Shown here in pieces: positions 37,001-51,248 of a stretch of DNA of 64,000 nt. Made by a program: the position numbers and the translations under genes. The stretch lies in contig NW_026853774.1 in the NCBI RefSeq assembly GCF_026571515.1, forward strand, positions 62,001 through 126,000, given 5' to 3'. Below the pieces are notes generated by a model, which searched no databases, was not told where the DNA came from, and saw only the letters and a list, made by a program, of their open reading frames with translations. Positions within the stretch are counted from its first letter, which is position 1. Each line of letters begins with the position of its first letter. The DNA is from Ruditapes philippinarum. Taxonomy: Eukaryota.

Positions 37001-37682
37001 GTAGGTTAACTAGTGTCAAGTCTCTAAATTCAATAAATATTTGCATTTTATAAGCTTGTGTGAAATCACATATACTATTGTGATGTATTGCAACTGATTT
37101 ATTCTGTTTAAAAAAATCCAGAATGTAGTGGTTTGTTGTTATTGTTGTTTTTCTATTTAAAGTGTATTTTGTTAGAGTCTAAAGTGTCAGATATCTTTCC
37201 TGATTTTACTAATTTTTGTCTTCATATAAAAACCAGAAACTGTTACCTAATGAGGATATATACTGTGGTCATAAACTTTACATTATCTGCTGGACATCTG
37301 GGATAGTGCAGGCACTTTGCTTGAAGTTGTAATAGAACAAGACCAGTATTGAAATCTAATAACTAATGCTACTATGTCTCAAGCTCAGTAATGTTCAATC
37401 AAACCTCTTTAGTTGATAGCTTAATTAATGCATAGCTATAAAAATGAAATAAAGTGTTTTCTTTTCTCATTTGAAAAAAAAAACATTAATGTCTTAATGA
37501 GTCTAGGTCTGTAGTACACCCTCTATGATTTCTCTGTAGATTAATGATAGAATTTAGCAAGAATTATATTCTTGGGAACAGGAATGATGGGGACACTTTC
37601 GTAAAATATTTCAATTATTTAAGTGGCAAACTGAATGCTTGTTGATTATTCATTTTGTAAAATAAAATTTATATTATTTCTT

Positions 37683-37850
37683 TTAACCTTGAACCCTGTT
37701 GCCATCAGTATAGTGAACATTTGTGAAGTCTGACCAGGCTCAGCTGACCCATCTTTAGATTTTCATCTTGATATCCCCAACATTGATAATGGACTCCCAA
37801 ATAATGGAAACTGGGAAATTCCATTTAAGAAATTCAGCATGTAATAGATG
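37683..37850. mobile_element. Decayed copy of the TTAA MITE family
   Basis: ttaaccttgaaccctg ... gtctgaccaggctc ... tcttgatatcccc ... ccatttaagaaattcagca, as in the 29020 element. Confidence 0.6.
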
Positions 37851-38200
37851 TATAGAAAGTAAACCCATTTATAAACATGTAAATACGTATTCTGTGTGAG
37901 TTATGAAACAAGTCCGGTACACATAGTCTCTTATTTCAAGCTTTTTATATTGCAGTGTTGTGATTACATATGCATGATTTTTGTAGAAGTAAAACAATTT
38001 TAACCATAGCAATTTGTTTGGCCAAGAAATAGAAATCTTAAATCAAATAAATACAGTGTAAATTTATTAATTGCATGCAGAGTTCTCTTAGAACCACTAG
38101 TTAATGAAGCTTTCATTATCATGTAGTTTTTGAAATATATCTTGCGTGGTGATATAGGCATATTTCAAGTGAAACAATATATTGTGTATGGTTTTTGCAG

Positions 38201-38323
38201 ATACTAACACGTCTAGAGCCCTGACATCTGACATAGAGACTTCCTCCTTTACTCAAGATCTTTTAGAATCTGACTTAATTACCTCCCTTTCTGTTGGCTC
38301 TCCTGTAATGGAGAGTACTAAAG
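38201..38323 (+). CDS. CCDC158: CCDC158-like exon 22 (DTNTSRALTSD...MESTK)
   Basis: tttttgcag| ... G|gtatca; phase 1 to 1, open. Confidence 0.8.
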
Positions 38324-38664
38324 GTATCAGATGGTATAGTTATTGTGTAGATATAAACTAGAAAGAAGTATGCATGTAGCTCTTCTATAATCTGCTTCCC
38401 CTACCTGGTTAGTGGTATGTGTTGTATATGTGTAACCCTTTAGACAGAAAACATAGCAAGAGATATAATTTGTGTCTTCTTCAAACTAAAATCTTCTATG
38501 TCTTATTATTTCCAGTTCAAGCAAATGTTAAGTTTGTATTAAACATAATTCTTTGTGATTAAGTATCTGTCTCAGGATTTAAGATTAATTCTGCAGTTTT
38601 ACCAACTTAAATACTAAATTTATTTTCAGATTTTTACATCACCCTTTCTAAATCAAAGAGTCCA

Positions 38665-38745
38665 CTTAGTTAAGCACTCCACAAACATAATCGATGTTAG
38701 CATTACTTAGTTAAGCACTCCACAAACATGATTGATGTTAGCATT
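38665..38745. repeat. ~41-bp tandem duplication
   Basis: acttagttaagcactccacaaacat(a/g)at(c/t)gatgttagcatt x2. Confidence 0.9.
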
Positions 38746-39842
38746 GACAAGATATTCATGCCTCCATAGGTTTTTTGAATAACTATTTAGAATGTTAAAG
38801 AAATGTTAGAAGGTACTCTAGTGTAACTAATATGATATAAAGATGCTTGCTCAATGCTGCATGGCTTGTTATTGTGTGTAGTTGCTTTGTGTGTAAGAAT
38901 ATCTAGTCATTGTTAATCTAGTCTAGCATGAACTGTTAAATGTTGTAAAAAGTAATATTGTATACATCATCTGATGTAAAAAAACTATTATACAAGCTCT
39001 CCAAAGGAATATTATGAAAAAAACTAAAGTCTATTGAAAAAGAGTGAAAAATAAGGAAAAAGTAGGATTATTTAGCGTAAAACTTGGATGTCAATTGATA
39101 TACAATTGTTATGCCATATGACATTTTGATATTAAATGAATGATGAAAAAACTTTATTTTTTACATGGTTTTAATTGAGACAGTGATTCTAAGTATCATT
39201 GTAAAATGATTGTTTCTTTTTATAAGACTTTTTAATGTTGGTTTTATTAAAAGAGCACATGATAGCTTGTATATGTGCATACACAAACATGATAGCTTGT
39301 ATATAAACTATATTACTAGAAGTTAGAGTGGATTTTAGTCCTGAATACAATTAAAACATTTATTGAAATCGTTTCTGAAAGAAGATTGTTGAATGATCTG
39401 TTGTAAATGTTACCAGCAATTTGCTTAATTAATATATCTAGAAATCTAGACATTACACAACCAAACTGTTAACATGGTTAAAGAAAATAATCTTCTTTGT
39501 CAATAAACGTAATAACTAGTAAATAATAAAGGTGCCAACAGCTATTGCTACAGGAAATGTATGTAGTTCAGAATACTCAAGTGTCTTTAGGTTCTGGTTA
39601 ATTCTTATAGTAAACTTAATTTTACTCTGTCAAGTTAGTGTGATGTATTCAGACTACTTTAGAGAATTAATCCAAAATATTACTTGAGGGAATTAATCAA
39701 AAAAATATTTCCTGGCAAATCAAACAAAATTCAAGACTATATAGTTACTTTGATGTTACAATTCTTGATTAAAAAGATATGTTTTTAAAATGAAATTCAT
39801 ATCGCAGCTCTGCTAGCAGAAATGAATCACCTTGGTTTAATG

Positions 39843-40020
39843 TGACAGCATGGCTGAGTGGTTAATTTATTGCATGTGTTGTTCAACCCCTGTTTGTGGC
39901 AAGCTTTTGTGTCCTTGAGCAAAAATTTCTTCACTCATTGCTCAGAATGTTTTGTTCCAGAAAAAGAATAGAGTGTGTTTCTATGAGATTATAGCTTGCT
40001 ACACTAAGATAAATGTCTGT
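39843..40020 (+). mobile_element. Decayed tRNA-derived CORE-like SINE (counterpart at ~61790-61900)
   Basis: A-box tggctgagtggtta, B-box gttcaaccc, core tgtgtccttgagcaa...cactcattgct. Confidence 0.6.
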
Positions 40021-40579
40021 ATAAACTAATCACCAAGGTTATGACCTTGTGTACATGTACAATTTGTTTTTAACATTCATGTGTTAGGGTTTCTATTTAT
40101 CTTGGAATATGTCAAGATAAAAATTGTATTGACAATTGTATAAAAATCTGTTATCTTTAATAATTCAACCGGTAAAGAAAGTGTGAAATATTTGACTGCA
40201 AGTAAAATAGATTATAGGGATTTCCAGGGAGGTAACAGTTTATTTCAGGCAGCAGGGCATTGCCATTAGTATAATATTTGTTTATTCTCAATTGTATATA
40301 TTGCAGGCAGTACACATTTCAGCATCAACTTAATTTGTTCATATAACATTTACCAAATAACTTGGATAATATCATTATTTTAATAAAAAATATTCAAGCT
40401 GATTAGCCAGTATTTCATATTGAATTAAGATAGCCTAACCATGTCCATAGGAATTATAAGCAGTCTTTGGATACAATATATGACAGTTATGTTGGCATGA
40501 AATGAAAAAAACAACTTTTTTCTTTTTTTAATGAGAAATATATTTTCAAGTTCAGTTTGTAAATCCTATATACTTGCAG

Positions 40580-40696
40580 AGGATCCATCTCCACCAAGTA
40601 AATCAATACCAGATACACAACTTCTCTGCAAGCGTCTGGAGGAGAAGATCATCAGCCTTACACGTATGGGAGATAATCTACAAAAAGAAAATAAAG
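40580..40696 (+). CDS. CCDC158: CCDC158-like exon 23 (EDPSPPSK...LCKRLEEKI...LQKENK)
   Basis: cttgcag| ... G|gtaata; phase 1 to 1; conserved C-terminal coil. Confidence 0.92.
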
Positions 40697-40943
40697 GTAA
40701 TAATCATGAAAAAAGTGGCCATTGAAGCTTCTTAAATGTGTGCAGAGTTGTTAAAATATATCTTTTTTAAAACAGAATGCACAATTTTTATGTTGAATTT
40801 AATACAATTAGAACAAGATTGACTTTGTTCATTTTACAGTGAAATATTGACATCAGTACCAATTGCATTACACTTGCAAGTTAATTTAATTATTTTTTAA
40901 AACAATTAAGACATTAAGCCATTTATGTTTTGTTTTTTTTCAG

Positions 40944-41029
40944 AGATGGCAGATCTGATGAAAACACAGGGCAAAAAGTTGAAGAAAGTTAAAGAAAATG
41001 AGAAAAAATACCGTAAAACACCAAGATAA
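40944..41029 (+). CDS. CCDC158: CCDC158-like terminal exon 24 (EMADLMKTQGKKLKKVKENEKKYRKTPR*)
   Basis: tttttcag| ... TAA (followed by TAG); AATAAA candidates lie much further on (~43254, 43398, 43695), suggesting a long 3' UTR. Confidence 0.9.
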
Positions 41030-44000
41030 TAGTGCGTCTTGCTTAGGTTTTAACTTGAACAAATCAAAATTGATGCCAGATCTTTGTCATACAGAACGTT
41101 GCATTTATATAACCCAGAATATGTAAATCATGTAGAAATTAATTGTCTTATCAACATTTATGATAAAAATATAGTTATTAGAGATAGTACCAGTCCCTGG
41201 ATTTATTGTGAACATATAAATGTGAGTCTTGCCTTAGTCTATTTTTGTAGTCTGATCACATTTCCGGAGTTTAAACCTTATGGTGTGATTGTGAAAACAG
41301 AACGTGTTGTCTGTTATATAACCTCATGGAAGTCAGAAATTGCTGTATATATGTCTTTTCCATATATCTATTTCCACACATGATCTGGGGAAAAAACACC
41401 TAACTTTGCATTGAGGAAACTAACGGGGGTAATTGTGACTAGAATATCTAAGCATCAATGTTGTTGTTTTTTACTACTTTAACTGTGTTGCAGAGTTATG
41501 ACTCTTAAAGCTGTTTAGCTTTATCTACATGATAAACAACTTATATATAAGCCGATTACATATACAGAAAAAATATTAAGTACTGGTAAAACCAAGCTGA
41601 ATATATTGATTTAATATTATCAAAACTGAAATGCATTAGTAGAATATAGAGGTTGATATTTAACTAAGTTGGATTGTAGTTTACTTTCTCCTGCTTAAGA
41701 TCTTAAGTATATTTATAAAGACTTCGAAGTTAACTGAAATATACGGTTGATTTAAGAACATAGAAGGGCCAAAGTTTGTTGACAGCTCCTCTTGTTATGT
41801 TTTCTTGTAAATAATAATTTCCTACCTCTATTGTAGTTGTCTATTTATAGCCGAGAGATTATTGTACAAACATGTGTATATTTGTTTGTTTATAAATGTA
41901 CAGTACATACATCATCATGATATGTAATGCTTTGTCTGAGCTTATATATACACTATTGTTTGATTTGTTTAGCATTTCTCTTTGGTTTATCAAAAAAACT
42001 AGATAATATTGTATACATACAATCAATTATTAACCTTTTATTGAACAAATTTAAAATTGTAAATGAGCACTACTTAATTTATTTATTTTTTTATTTATTG
42101 GATGTTTTTGTATAATTTTAAACATTCTTTATTCTATGATCTGAAACACCAGCATAATGCATTTTTATCCAACTACATACGATGAAATACATCATAGCGG
42201 CTAGGATATTTGTGTGTTACTATTTTACATTGTTAACAAACAGCATTGATTTGATCTAACTGTGATACATTTTTATAATACACATGTATACTTGTATTGT
42301 TTATATGGATTGGGCCTGTCTTGTAGTTTTAGAGATAACTTTAAGTGCAATTTCTGGAGCTTACAGCAAACAAATTACTGAAATATTATCGTTAATACTT
42401 TTGCACTAGAGTAAACTTTAGATTTAGTTCTATGTGTTATATTGTTTACTAGTTGTAGGCATCATACACAAGTGTAAAGTTATTGTTAGAAATAATTTCC
42501 TGTAATCTGGAAAGACATGTTGAAGTTATAATGTATTCATTTTTGTATAACAATTTTATATAAAATGATATTAGTTTATAAGCATGTGCTAAATTAAACA
42601 TGAAACTTGTAAATGATATTCGTGATAATTTTTTCCATGGTTAACCCATATGTAAGGTAACCAATTCATGCCATAAATACTCCGTGATGTACAACTGTAT
42701 GGAAGACAGTTGAACTTCCACAAATTGATTATAGGAACAGTCCACATACTTCCAAACTTTTGTTTTTAAAAACTCTACATACTTTCAAATACCACATGTG
42801 GATTAAAGTCCTATTTACTTATGCTCAAATTCAGCATGAAAATGTTCCTTTATAAGGCTGCATTATTTGCATGGGTATAATAAGTTGCCACTAGCAAGGT
42901 AAGGGTTATTGTATTATGATAATGTGTAGTTCATGTGGTGAGATTGAAATTACAATCTATTCTAAAAGGACTGCATTGCTTCTAAAAGGATAATTAAACA
43001 AATATGACATTTCAATAAGAATCCCTTTATGTATGTAATTTGTTAATTGTCCTCTTTCATAACTTACTCATTCTATCATTTCTCCGAAATTGCAGACAGT
43101 TGCTAAAAGAATGTACATGTATACTAACATTTATTTTGATCCTTATTTTAAATCATTTTGTCATCTCCCAATAATCAAGATGTTCCTTTTAATTCCCCCC
43201 TTACACCAAAGTTCTTTTTCACAATACGGTTTTAATTTCAGGAACTTGTAAGTAATAAATTGAATGAAAAAAATGCCGATAGCTTGCTAGAAATGACTTA
43301 AAGGTGTCCTTTGAAATGAAATAGAAGTGGTACTAAAACTACTGAATTATTATGATTGTATCACTGAATTTTTTGTGCTTTATTTTATGGCAACTGGAAA
43401 TAAATTTATAAGCTGAAAACTATTATCAAGAGGAAGAATTTGTCCCTTTTTGGTTATTATATAATGAAGACGTAATATAAAAATGTAATAGAAATTCATA
43501 TGAGAAAATGTTACTGCAATGATCTGTTAACACTTGGTAAGAATTGAAGGTAATCAATATTTATGAGTGAAGCAAATATGGTAACTGTTTGTTACAAACT
43601 AAATGATATATGCAGTACGTTATAAGGTTAATGTAAATAGACCGTCATTTCTTATTTAAGACAGTAATGAGTGGGTGATGATGCAGTGATTACAAATAAA
43701 CTTGATTAAAATAGACGATATACATATTTGCCAATTAAAAGATATAATTTTTTTTTGGTTTTAATCCTTATTGCACTAAATATATTCAATGTACATACTG
43801 TACCCATCCTGCAAAATTATTCATCATTTTCTGAAAATATACCCTGACTAAATAATGTACAATGAAAACCATGAACAAACATTTAAGCGAAATACCAGTT
43901 CCCTGGAACATACTGGTCTCAATTGGTCTACAATGGTCGCATGGGCATAATCTGTTACCACCAGCAGTAATTAAAAGTTAATATAAGAAAATACGCATAC

Positions 44001-44929
44001 AATTTTATTTAGACATTAATTTGTCAATAACTTTTAAGTGGTGCAATAAACATCTTTGAACCAGTTTTTACACGAAGTACGTTTAAACACGATAGTTGCT
44101 GGATAGATTAATTCCTTACACTATCTCTAATGCATTATAGCTTGATTTTTTTGGTTTGAAAAAAGGGGCGTATGTTCTAGTGCCACAGGGTTGGCAGTCA
44201 ACTGAATACAAGTGTCATACAGAACAAAACCTACTACTCTATTCTATATTTACATTTTTTGTGCAAGGAATGAAGACATGCGGTTGTCCCTTACCACGAC
44301 GGGAAAATCGTTATATTGTCAATCTTTATTGGCATTTCTTTACAGTTGGCATTGAGGCTGATATAATAAACACTATTGTTAAGTGCCATTGCCGGCCAAA
44401 TTAAAAGGCATAAATAACTATCTTCAGGATTATTAACCCTTTGTCGAATAAAAAACACCAAAAAAAAAGAAGAAAAAAACCTCCATGAGGTCACCGGTCA
44501 TTTATATACGAGTCCTTATATTCGCTCTCCACATTTTATCCGTATTTATTTAATCCCTAAGCGCCGACCTATCGTTTTTTAACAATTTCATATAAAATCA
44601 GAGAAAACAGTAGGATCTATGATATTAATAGGATAAATTTGACATCTTTAGATTTATTGTTTTATTTTGCACTCGCAGACACATTTCATCTGGTGCAAGG
44701 TTCACCTGCTGCTACAGTGACTTGGGAAAATAATTCATGACAAGAAAATACCGATGGATGCTTTATGATGTCGCTGTTTGAAGACTTAAACTTAACTAAA
44801 AATTAACCTTTAAAAAACTATTTTGATGCACTGCACCGGGTGCGCGTAACCATGGTTAATCGATATCACAGGGCAAAAAAAAAAAAAATTAATTATGCTT
44901 AAATGGTTATCGACCGCCGTACATATGAT

Positions 44930-45705
44930 TAGAGAGCCGCCGTTAATTTTTTAAACTTCAGTAGGTAGGTCTAGTCACATCTGTTGTTTTATCCAAGTAT
45001 GAATCAACCATAATGCTCAATGATCAATTTCACATCTGGAACTGTGCAAATGGTCCGAATTTCATTCATAGCTGTACATCAAAGTACAAGAAAGTACGTC
45101 AATTCATCCAAATCTAGATCAGCTGATATCAAAATTCAATTTTACATTTTAACTGTGCATATAGTCCAAATTTAATAGCTGTACATCAAAGGACAAGAAA
45201 GTTGATCACTTCGTCAAATTATCTAGGTCAGTTGTTATCAAAGTTCAATTTTATATGAAAAAGTGTGCACATGATGCAAATTTCATAACTGTACACCAAA
45301 GAATAATATAGCAGGTCACTTTCTCATTTTATCTATGTCAGCTGATAGTAGGTCACTTCGTGAAAATCAAGGTCAGCTTTTATCAAAGTTCAATTGTGCA
45401 CAAGGTCCTTATGTCATAGCTATATATAGAAAACAATAAGAGAATCCCAAGATCAATTAAAGGTGAAGGTCACAATTAAATTATGCAATTTGTTTGTTTG
45501 ACTACAAGTCTTGTTTTGTCAAAGTATAAATCAAATCCGTACATAAATAACAAAATTATGACAATTTAACCAAAATTCAATAATTTGACATTGACAGTCA
45601 AGTTCATTTAGAGCTCAAAGTCAAGGTCAGCTCAACCTTTCAGAAGGTCTTGTCCAAGTTTCAAGATAATCCATACATTAATTACTAAGTTATTCAAAGT
45701 GTTCC
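44930..45705 (-). mobile_element. Decayed minus-strand HINE-type fragment
   Basis: Repeated aggtca/aaagttcaatttt/catagctgtacatcaaag units; 45500-45700 resembles 47930-48120. Confidence 0.5.
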
Positions 45706-47610
45706 GTAAATCGCTACACAAATTGTCTTGGCAAAATTTTTCTTTTAAAATATATTTTTAAAGTATGACATTTTCAGTTAGCAATTTTATCTAGAGTTTC
45801 TATTCACGTTTTTTTTATATCTGTATTGATTGATTTTCAATACTTTATGAAACATAACCACAGTTTCAAAACGTAACCGACAGCCCTCGCATTATGAACT
45901 ACTAATGAGACCTTCAAAAGGCGAAATAACGACACTTATAGAAGCTAAATAAATTTATAACAATTGGCAACAATGCATTGTTCATATGGTATTTATAGCT
46001 TGAATGACAGTGATTTAAAACGTTTGAATTTTATTCTAGGATTGTTTTGAAAATTAGTACGAATACGTAATCGAACTTAAAACAGTTAAAGTCAGGACAC
46101 ATTTCACCATGTTTAAATATTATTAACAGTTGATCATTTCACACTTCCTTATAAAGTTACATGTATATATACACCCTCAAATTTTTGATATACAGAAATT
46201 TTGAATTTGACAGAAAGCAATTTAATTTTTCATATGCCTTATCTGGTCAAAATCTTTAATTGTCACTGTGTTTGAAGAGAGAATAACACGTATCTAAAAA
46301 TCTTACTCGATTATTTCTTATAACATTTATCAATTTCATTCAACAAACATCCATTGTATGTTATGGTGTTAATGTTAAATGTCCGCTCTACAATAACCTC
46401 AAGCTGACTTCATTGAAGACTAATCTAATTAAATAACAATTTGTTTGTAAACAGCTGGTTATAAAATAATGTCTGACACCAGTGTGGACAGTAATATTCT
46501 CCGTAGCAATGTTCCGAGTGAATGTTTACGAATTAAGAAATAGGAAATAAATTGTTTAATGAATTTATTATTACAGCATACATGTATTTCAAGTAAGTTT
46601 CAGAGCAGACAAACACACAGCCATATTGAGATTCAATTAAGACGATGTTTGTAGTTATTGATATATAAGTATTGATATTTGAGCAGTTGTTACTGTATCT
46701 TTTGCGTCGCTCCTTCCCATGTTCTCTTGTTTCATTAACTTTTTTTGTCTTTGTTTCTTGCGCCTCTGGTTCTACAATTTGAACTAAAAACAAATAAATG
46801 TTATTTTCTCGCATTCTACAAAACGGCATTCAAAAATACGCTCTTAAGTAATATGGTAGGTTTGGCGTCTCAGAACTGACACTGAATTTTCAAGATATTT
46901 TGTAAATTTCGTTTAAATATGATTCATTCGCGAACATCATCATCATTATCATCATTAACCATGGCAATTGTTATATCCATTAATGTGAATATACGCGCTT
47001 TGTATGCTTTTTCTTTACCTGAAAAAAAAACAGGGTGAAAATGGTTTCAGAAAGACTGACCTGCCCAAACGCTTGTTATCTATTTTCGAGTTCTTGCTTG
47101 GAATTCGTTTTCTTTTGTAACATAAAAACGAGTGTTTGTAATACGTTTATGAATGACGTTTGTGACATAAGAATAAATGACATGATTGCAATACAAAAAT
47201 CAAACAATTGCCATACTAGAAATGCGGCATCAGTATGGTTACCCTTCTATATAAGTTTTCATATCAATGTATTTTAGGCATTAGACGGCGTCTTCTTTAT
47301 TCTCTTACATTTTTATCTAGGATATTAATGAGTCGTAAACTATTTTAATGAGAGGAAAATGAAAGGTAAATGACATGAACTCAATATATTTGAAAGCATG
47401 TGAAGATCAATAATTGAACACTAAAAGGTAATTAACATGAATATTTGATACTTTATTTATCGGTTTTTATCGAAAGTGAAATACCGTGAATTGCGTGCGT
47501 GATTTAGGTACCATAATGCTCAATTTTTTACTGTAGAGTTGAGTTGAATTGAATTAGTTACAGAGAAATAGATTGATTGTTATGCCTGTGCTCGACCAAT
47601 AATTGATAAT

Positions 47611-48150
47611 AAACAAGAGCCTTAGCCGGGCATGGGCAACGATCAACGTTTTTACTTTTTCTAAAAGCAAAAAATAAACTGTTTAAACAAATCTTTAAAA
47701 AGAAAATTAAAGAAAAAATAGATTTTACTTTTTTAATTTTTATTTTAATAGGTATGTCAAGTCACACTTGTTGATGTGCACAAGTTTGAATAATTTCCAA
47801 AAGTAAATGGCAAAGATAAGACATATATAAGCAAAATGCAAATATCTGTTTTTGATGGTGGTCAATGTCATTAAACGGTCAAGGTCATATCATATCTGAA
47901 TTATTCCATCCGCCGTTTTGTCATAAGTGTTGTTTTGTCCTAACTAGTATGAATCAAATCTGTACATAAATAACAAAATAATGACAATTGAACCGAAATT
48001 CAATAAATCGGCCTTGACAGTCAAGGTCATTTAAAGCTCATTGTTAAGGTCAGTACAACCCTTTAGGAGGTCTTATCTGTCCAAGTATGAAAAGGACCTA
48101 TTCATTAATTACTAAGTTACAGTCAATTATAGCAAAGTCAGTGTAAATCC
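47611..48150 (-). mobile_element. Minus-strand copy of the 5930 HINE family (again at ~62703-63230)
   Basis: aaacaagagcc...gggcaacgatcaacgtttttactttttctaaa matches the reverse complement of 8177-8235. Confidence 0.7.
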
Positions 48151-50893
48151 AATAATTTGTAATTAATAAACCAACTTCAATTTGAGTTAAATATATAGGT
48201 TTTTATCCTAAAAATATTATGTCTTAATATGAAGTCACTTCATTCATTGATTTTGCCGCGTAATGTCGTGCGTTCTCCTTTTTGACGTCATCACATCGTC
48301 TATTTTGAAATATATATGTAAATTTTCTCTTATTTTGCTACATTTTAACATGATGTATGATTACATCCACTTTCTTTTCCTAAAAAAGCAAAATTTATGT
48401 ATGACGGCATTTATTTTTGCCTGTTATTCCATTTAGTTATGATATTCTTTTCATCCACATTCAGATATAGTCAGTCTACAGTGGAAATTATATTTTATAG
48501 ATTTCACTAGTGGTTTATCAGAATATAATCATCTGATATATTACTGTAAAACACTGGAAAACATGAAATAAACATTTATACGTATATAAGTAATGTTCAT
48601 TTTAGCTGTTGTTATGCAAGTTACATTAAAAGTTAATTAATTATGTTTAAAGATTTTGTCATTATAAGTTTAAAAGGTTGTTATTTTTTTTAGCTAAATC
48701 ATCTTTTAGTTTTTGACCATTTATGATATTTAAGTGATAAAGTATTTTAAAATTATGGAAGACAAAGTACCACTTAGTTTACGTTTTGCTACTTAAATGA
48801 CACATAATTTCACATTCCACGTAGCTTTCTTCACGGTATAGCAATCTGACATGCTCTAGAGCCATTATAAAACCTATATTTATCTTTTCAACAGAGGAAA
48901 GCTAGGTATAATATGTCTATAGACGATGACGTCCTATTATCTCCAATTATCACATTACTTCAGTATTTCGATACAAAGAGAAACAAATTATTCTATTGAG
49001 GAGTAAACATTTGTCATATTAGTCACGTATAGTTAAAGTAAAGGCCTTTACAAAAACAGCTTGACCTTTTTAAATGAAAAGTAGGGAAGGGAATTTTCAT
49101 AACATCAAACATGCGTCGCTAATATATTATGCTATTACTTGTCAAACTGATATGACTTTTGAAAAGCTAATCAACGCTTTGTTTATGGCATTCTCATATC
49201 TTTATTTGCGACTGACTTTCCTATAAATAGCAGCATTGTAGGTTATTTAGTAGGGGTTACTAATCACGGGTTAGTCTGTATTTATTTCATGTATCAACTT
49301 AAAGATATTGATACAACATTAGATGCTTTAAAATACTTTAAAAAATTATAATCATCGGTTCATGTTGATAGTCATTGAAATAACCCGCACAGAGTAACAA
49401 GAAAGTAACTTACATGTACTATAACATTCCATATGCGAGTTAGTATTAAGAGCCATATATAGACAATATGTTTACAAACCTTTGTTACTTATCTATAGTG
49501 TATTTCAGATATGTTCAGGTCATTTTACACCCTGCAGTAAACTAGACAATCAATTCCCAATGTTGAATATTAAACTAAAACACTATTTTAGTAATCAAAT
49601 GAAGAAATAATTTTATCTTGTCATTCTAAAATAATTGATGCCTTTAAGGCATTCTTGTTGTCCTTTTATGTAAAATGAATGAAACAGGATAATGAATGAT
49701 GTTATAACACTACATCTACCAGATTGTGTTAAAGTGGGAACTATAATAAAATATGTATTTCCCAGGACAGTTATTAGGTTACTCTTTTCTATCTGTCTCT
49801 GTCAACAGTTCTAGATGATAATAATGTGGTATTACCGTTTATTTTATATGTACCATAAATATGAAAAAGTTTTTTTTTCTATATACCAGTTTTAATGAAG
49901 TGGCTTTAATCTTTGTTGTCATTTTTCTGTTGATTGTTTAACCTTTCACCTTCCATTCCCTCTCACGATTCAACAATTTGAGATTCTCTAAATTCGGTAT
50001 ACGATGTCATTCTTTTAATGATCCTCTCCCAAGTTTCTGTATGAGCCACCTTTATTAGCCATTTATAAACAGGGTTTTTTTTTGTACAACAATATCATGT
50101 GATATTAATCATAGTCAAATCATTTTGAATAGGGGGAGTAATAAAAAAGGTTCTACATGAACTGACATTTTAATATTTACTTTATTCATTTTTTTGAAAG
50201 AAGAAAAATAGTAGAAAAGTTTCCAATTTTAAGGAGAAAGGGATATTTAAGTCTCAGGGGAACATATTAAGAAAACACAAGAAAATCACTTTTAAAAAAT
50301 ATCAGATCCAGTTAAGGTGTTGTTTGACATTTGATTAAAATTATTTCCCTTGACTCTCGTCAGTTCAACAGTCATTGATCATTATAACTGTTATAAATGA
50401 CTTATTACGTGTACTGTTTTACATTATTCGTAATATCTTTAAGTCTTGAAAAAAAGCTCATTAATTTTTAAGTATTAGTCATAATGTAATGTTTTTGTAA
50501 CCAAGTTATTGTCAGTAGTTTTAATGTTGTTTTACAATGATGACTGAAAAAAGAGTTTTTATTGAGAAAATTGAAAGCACCCCAATATAAAATATATATA
50601 TATATCTATATGAGATTTATGTTATATGAAAATGTACTGAATCCATATACATTAAACAGCTTTCTCATAGCAACACTGTGCTCATCTTAAAACCTATGTC
50701 ACTGATCATCCTCAAAACACAAATTGTCTGTAAAAAACATGATTCTATTTCAAACTTTGGTAAAGTAATGCATTTTATCTTTAAGTTTAAATCACCTTTT
50801 TTGGAAAACTTTTAATATACATTCATTGATATATGTTTATTGCATCAGTTACTTTAATTTCTACTACAATCTAGATGATTCTTTGCATATTTT

Positions 50894-51248
50894 ATCAAAT
50901 ACCCATGCCAATTTTGCAACTTCGTAAAAATGATATTGCACGGCCATGCATATAATTTGACGTGATGTCATTAGCCGCGTTATACAAACAAAGTGTAAAG
51001 ACGCGCTTAATGTTAACGTTATACTAAAGGCGCGTCAATTGAAAATTAAACTCTTTTTTCACTTTAAGCAGTCTTTATTTTGAGTATGTGATAAATAGAA
51101 TATTAAATTTGTGTAAGTTCATTACTGAATTAATTGAACTGGTTGAATAAGATAATATTGTGCTCACCGGAGGCTCGCATAATATAATTTTATTCAACTT
51201 GTGCAATAAATTCAGTATTGAACTAACACTCATTCCATATCCTCTTTA
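50894..51248. mobile_element. Palindrome-containing non-autonomous element with 8-bp flanking direct repeat CATATTTT
   Basis: Direct repeats at 50886 and 51249; absent at the paralogous site ~21446; internal hairpin gttgaataa..gctcaccggaggctcgc..ttattcaac; no TIR. Confidence 0.75.

Larger units (their letters stand above)
1307..41029 (+). other. CCDC158: CCDC158-like gene span (24 coding exons, ~3846 nt CDS, ~1281 aa coiled-coil protein)
   Basis: All exons have AG/GT boundaries and compatible phases. Translation follows vertebrate CCDC158 motifs recalled from memory: HLEKALKDSQEQVTDLRRRL, LNQVRIILVDAERRRGK, ERASNARKQSATLESQLSVIQ, ELETEKETSGKFWERE, LQKEVTSKRSLVDTLQSKI, EQEMTRMKLAHKLEVKE, ELKLLLNEMRNMI, C-terminal CKRLEEKIISL...LQKENKEMADLMKTQGKKLKKVKENEK. 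Confidence 0.9.

Noticed and set aside
46533-47045. Possible minus-strand exons (acceptor-like tracts at ~47020 and ~46785; VQIVEPEAQETKTKK...)
   Set aside because: Frames close quickly or lack donors, no linked exon chain and no recognisable product; remnants of a neighbouring gene cannot be excluded
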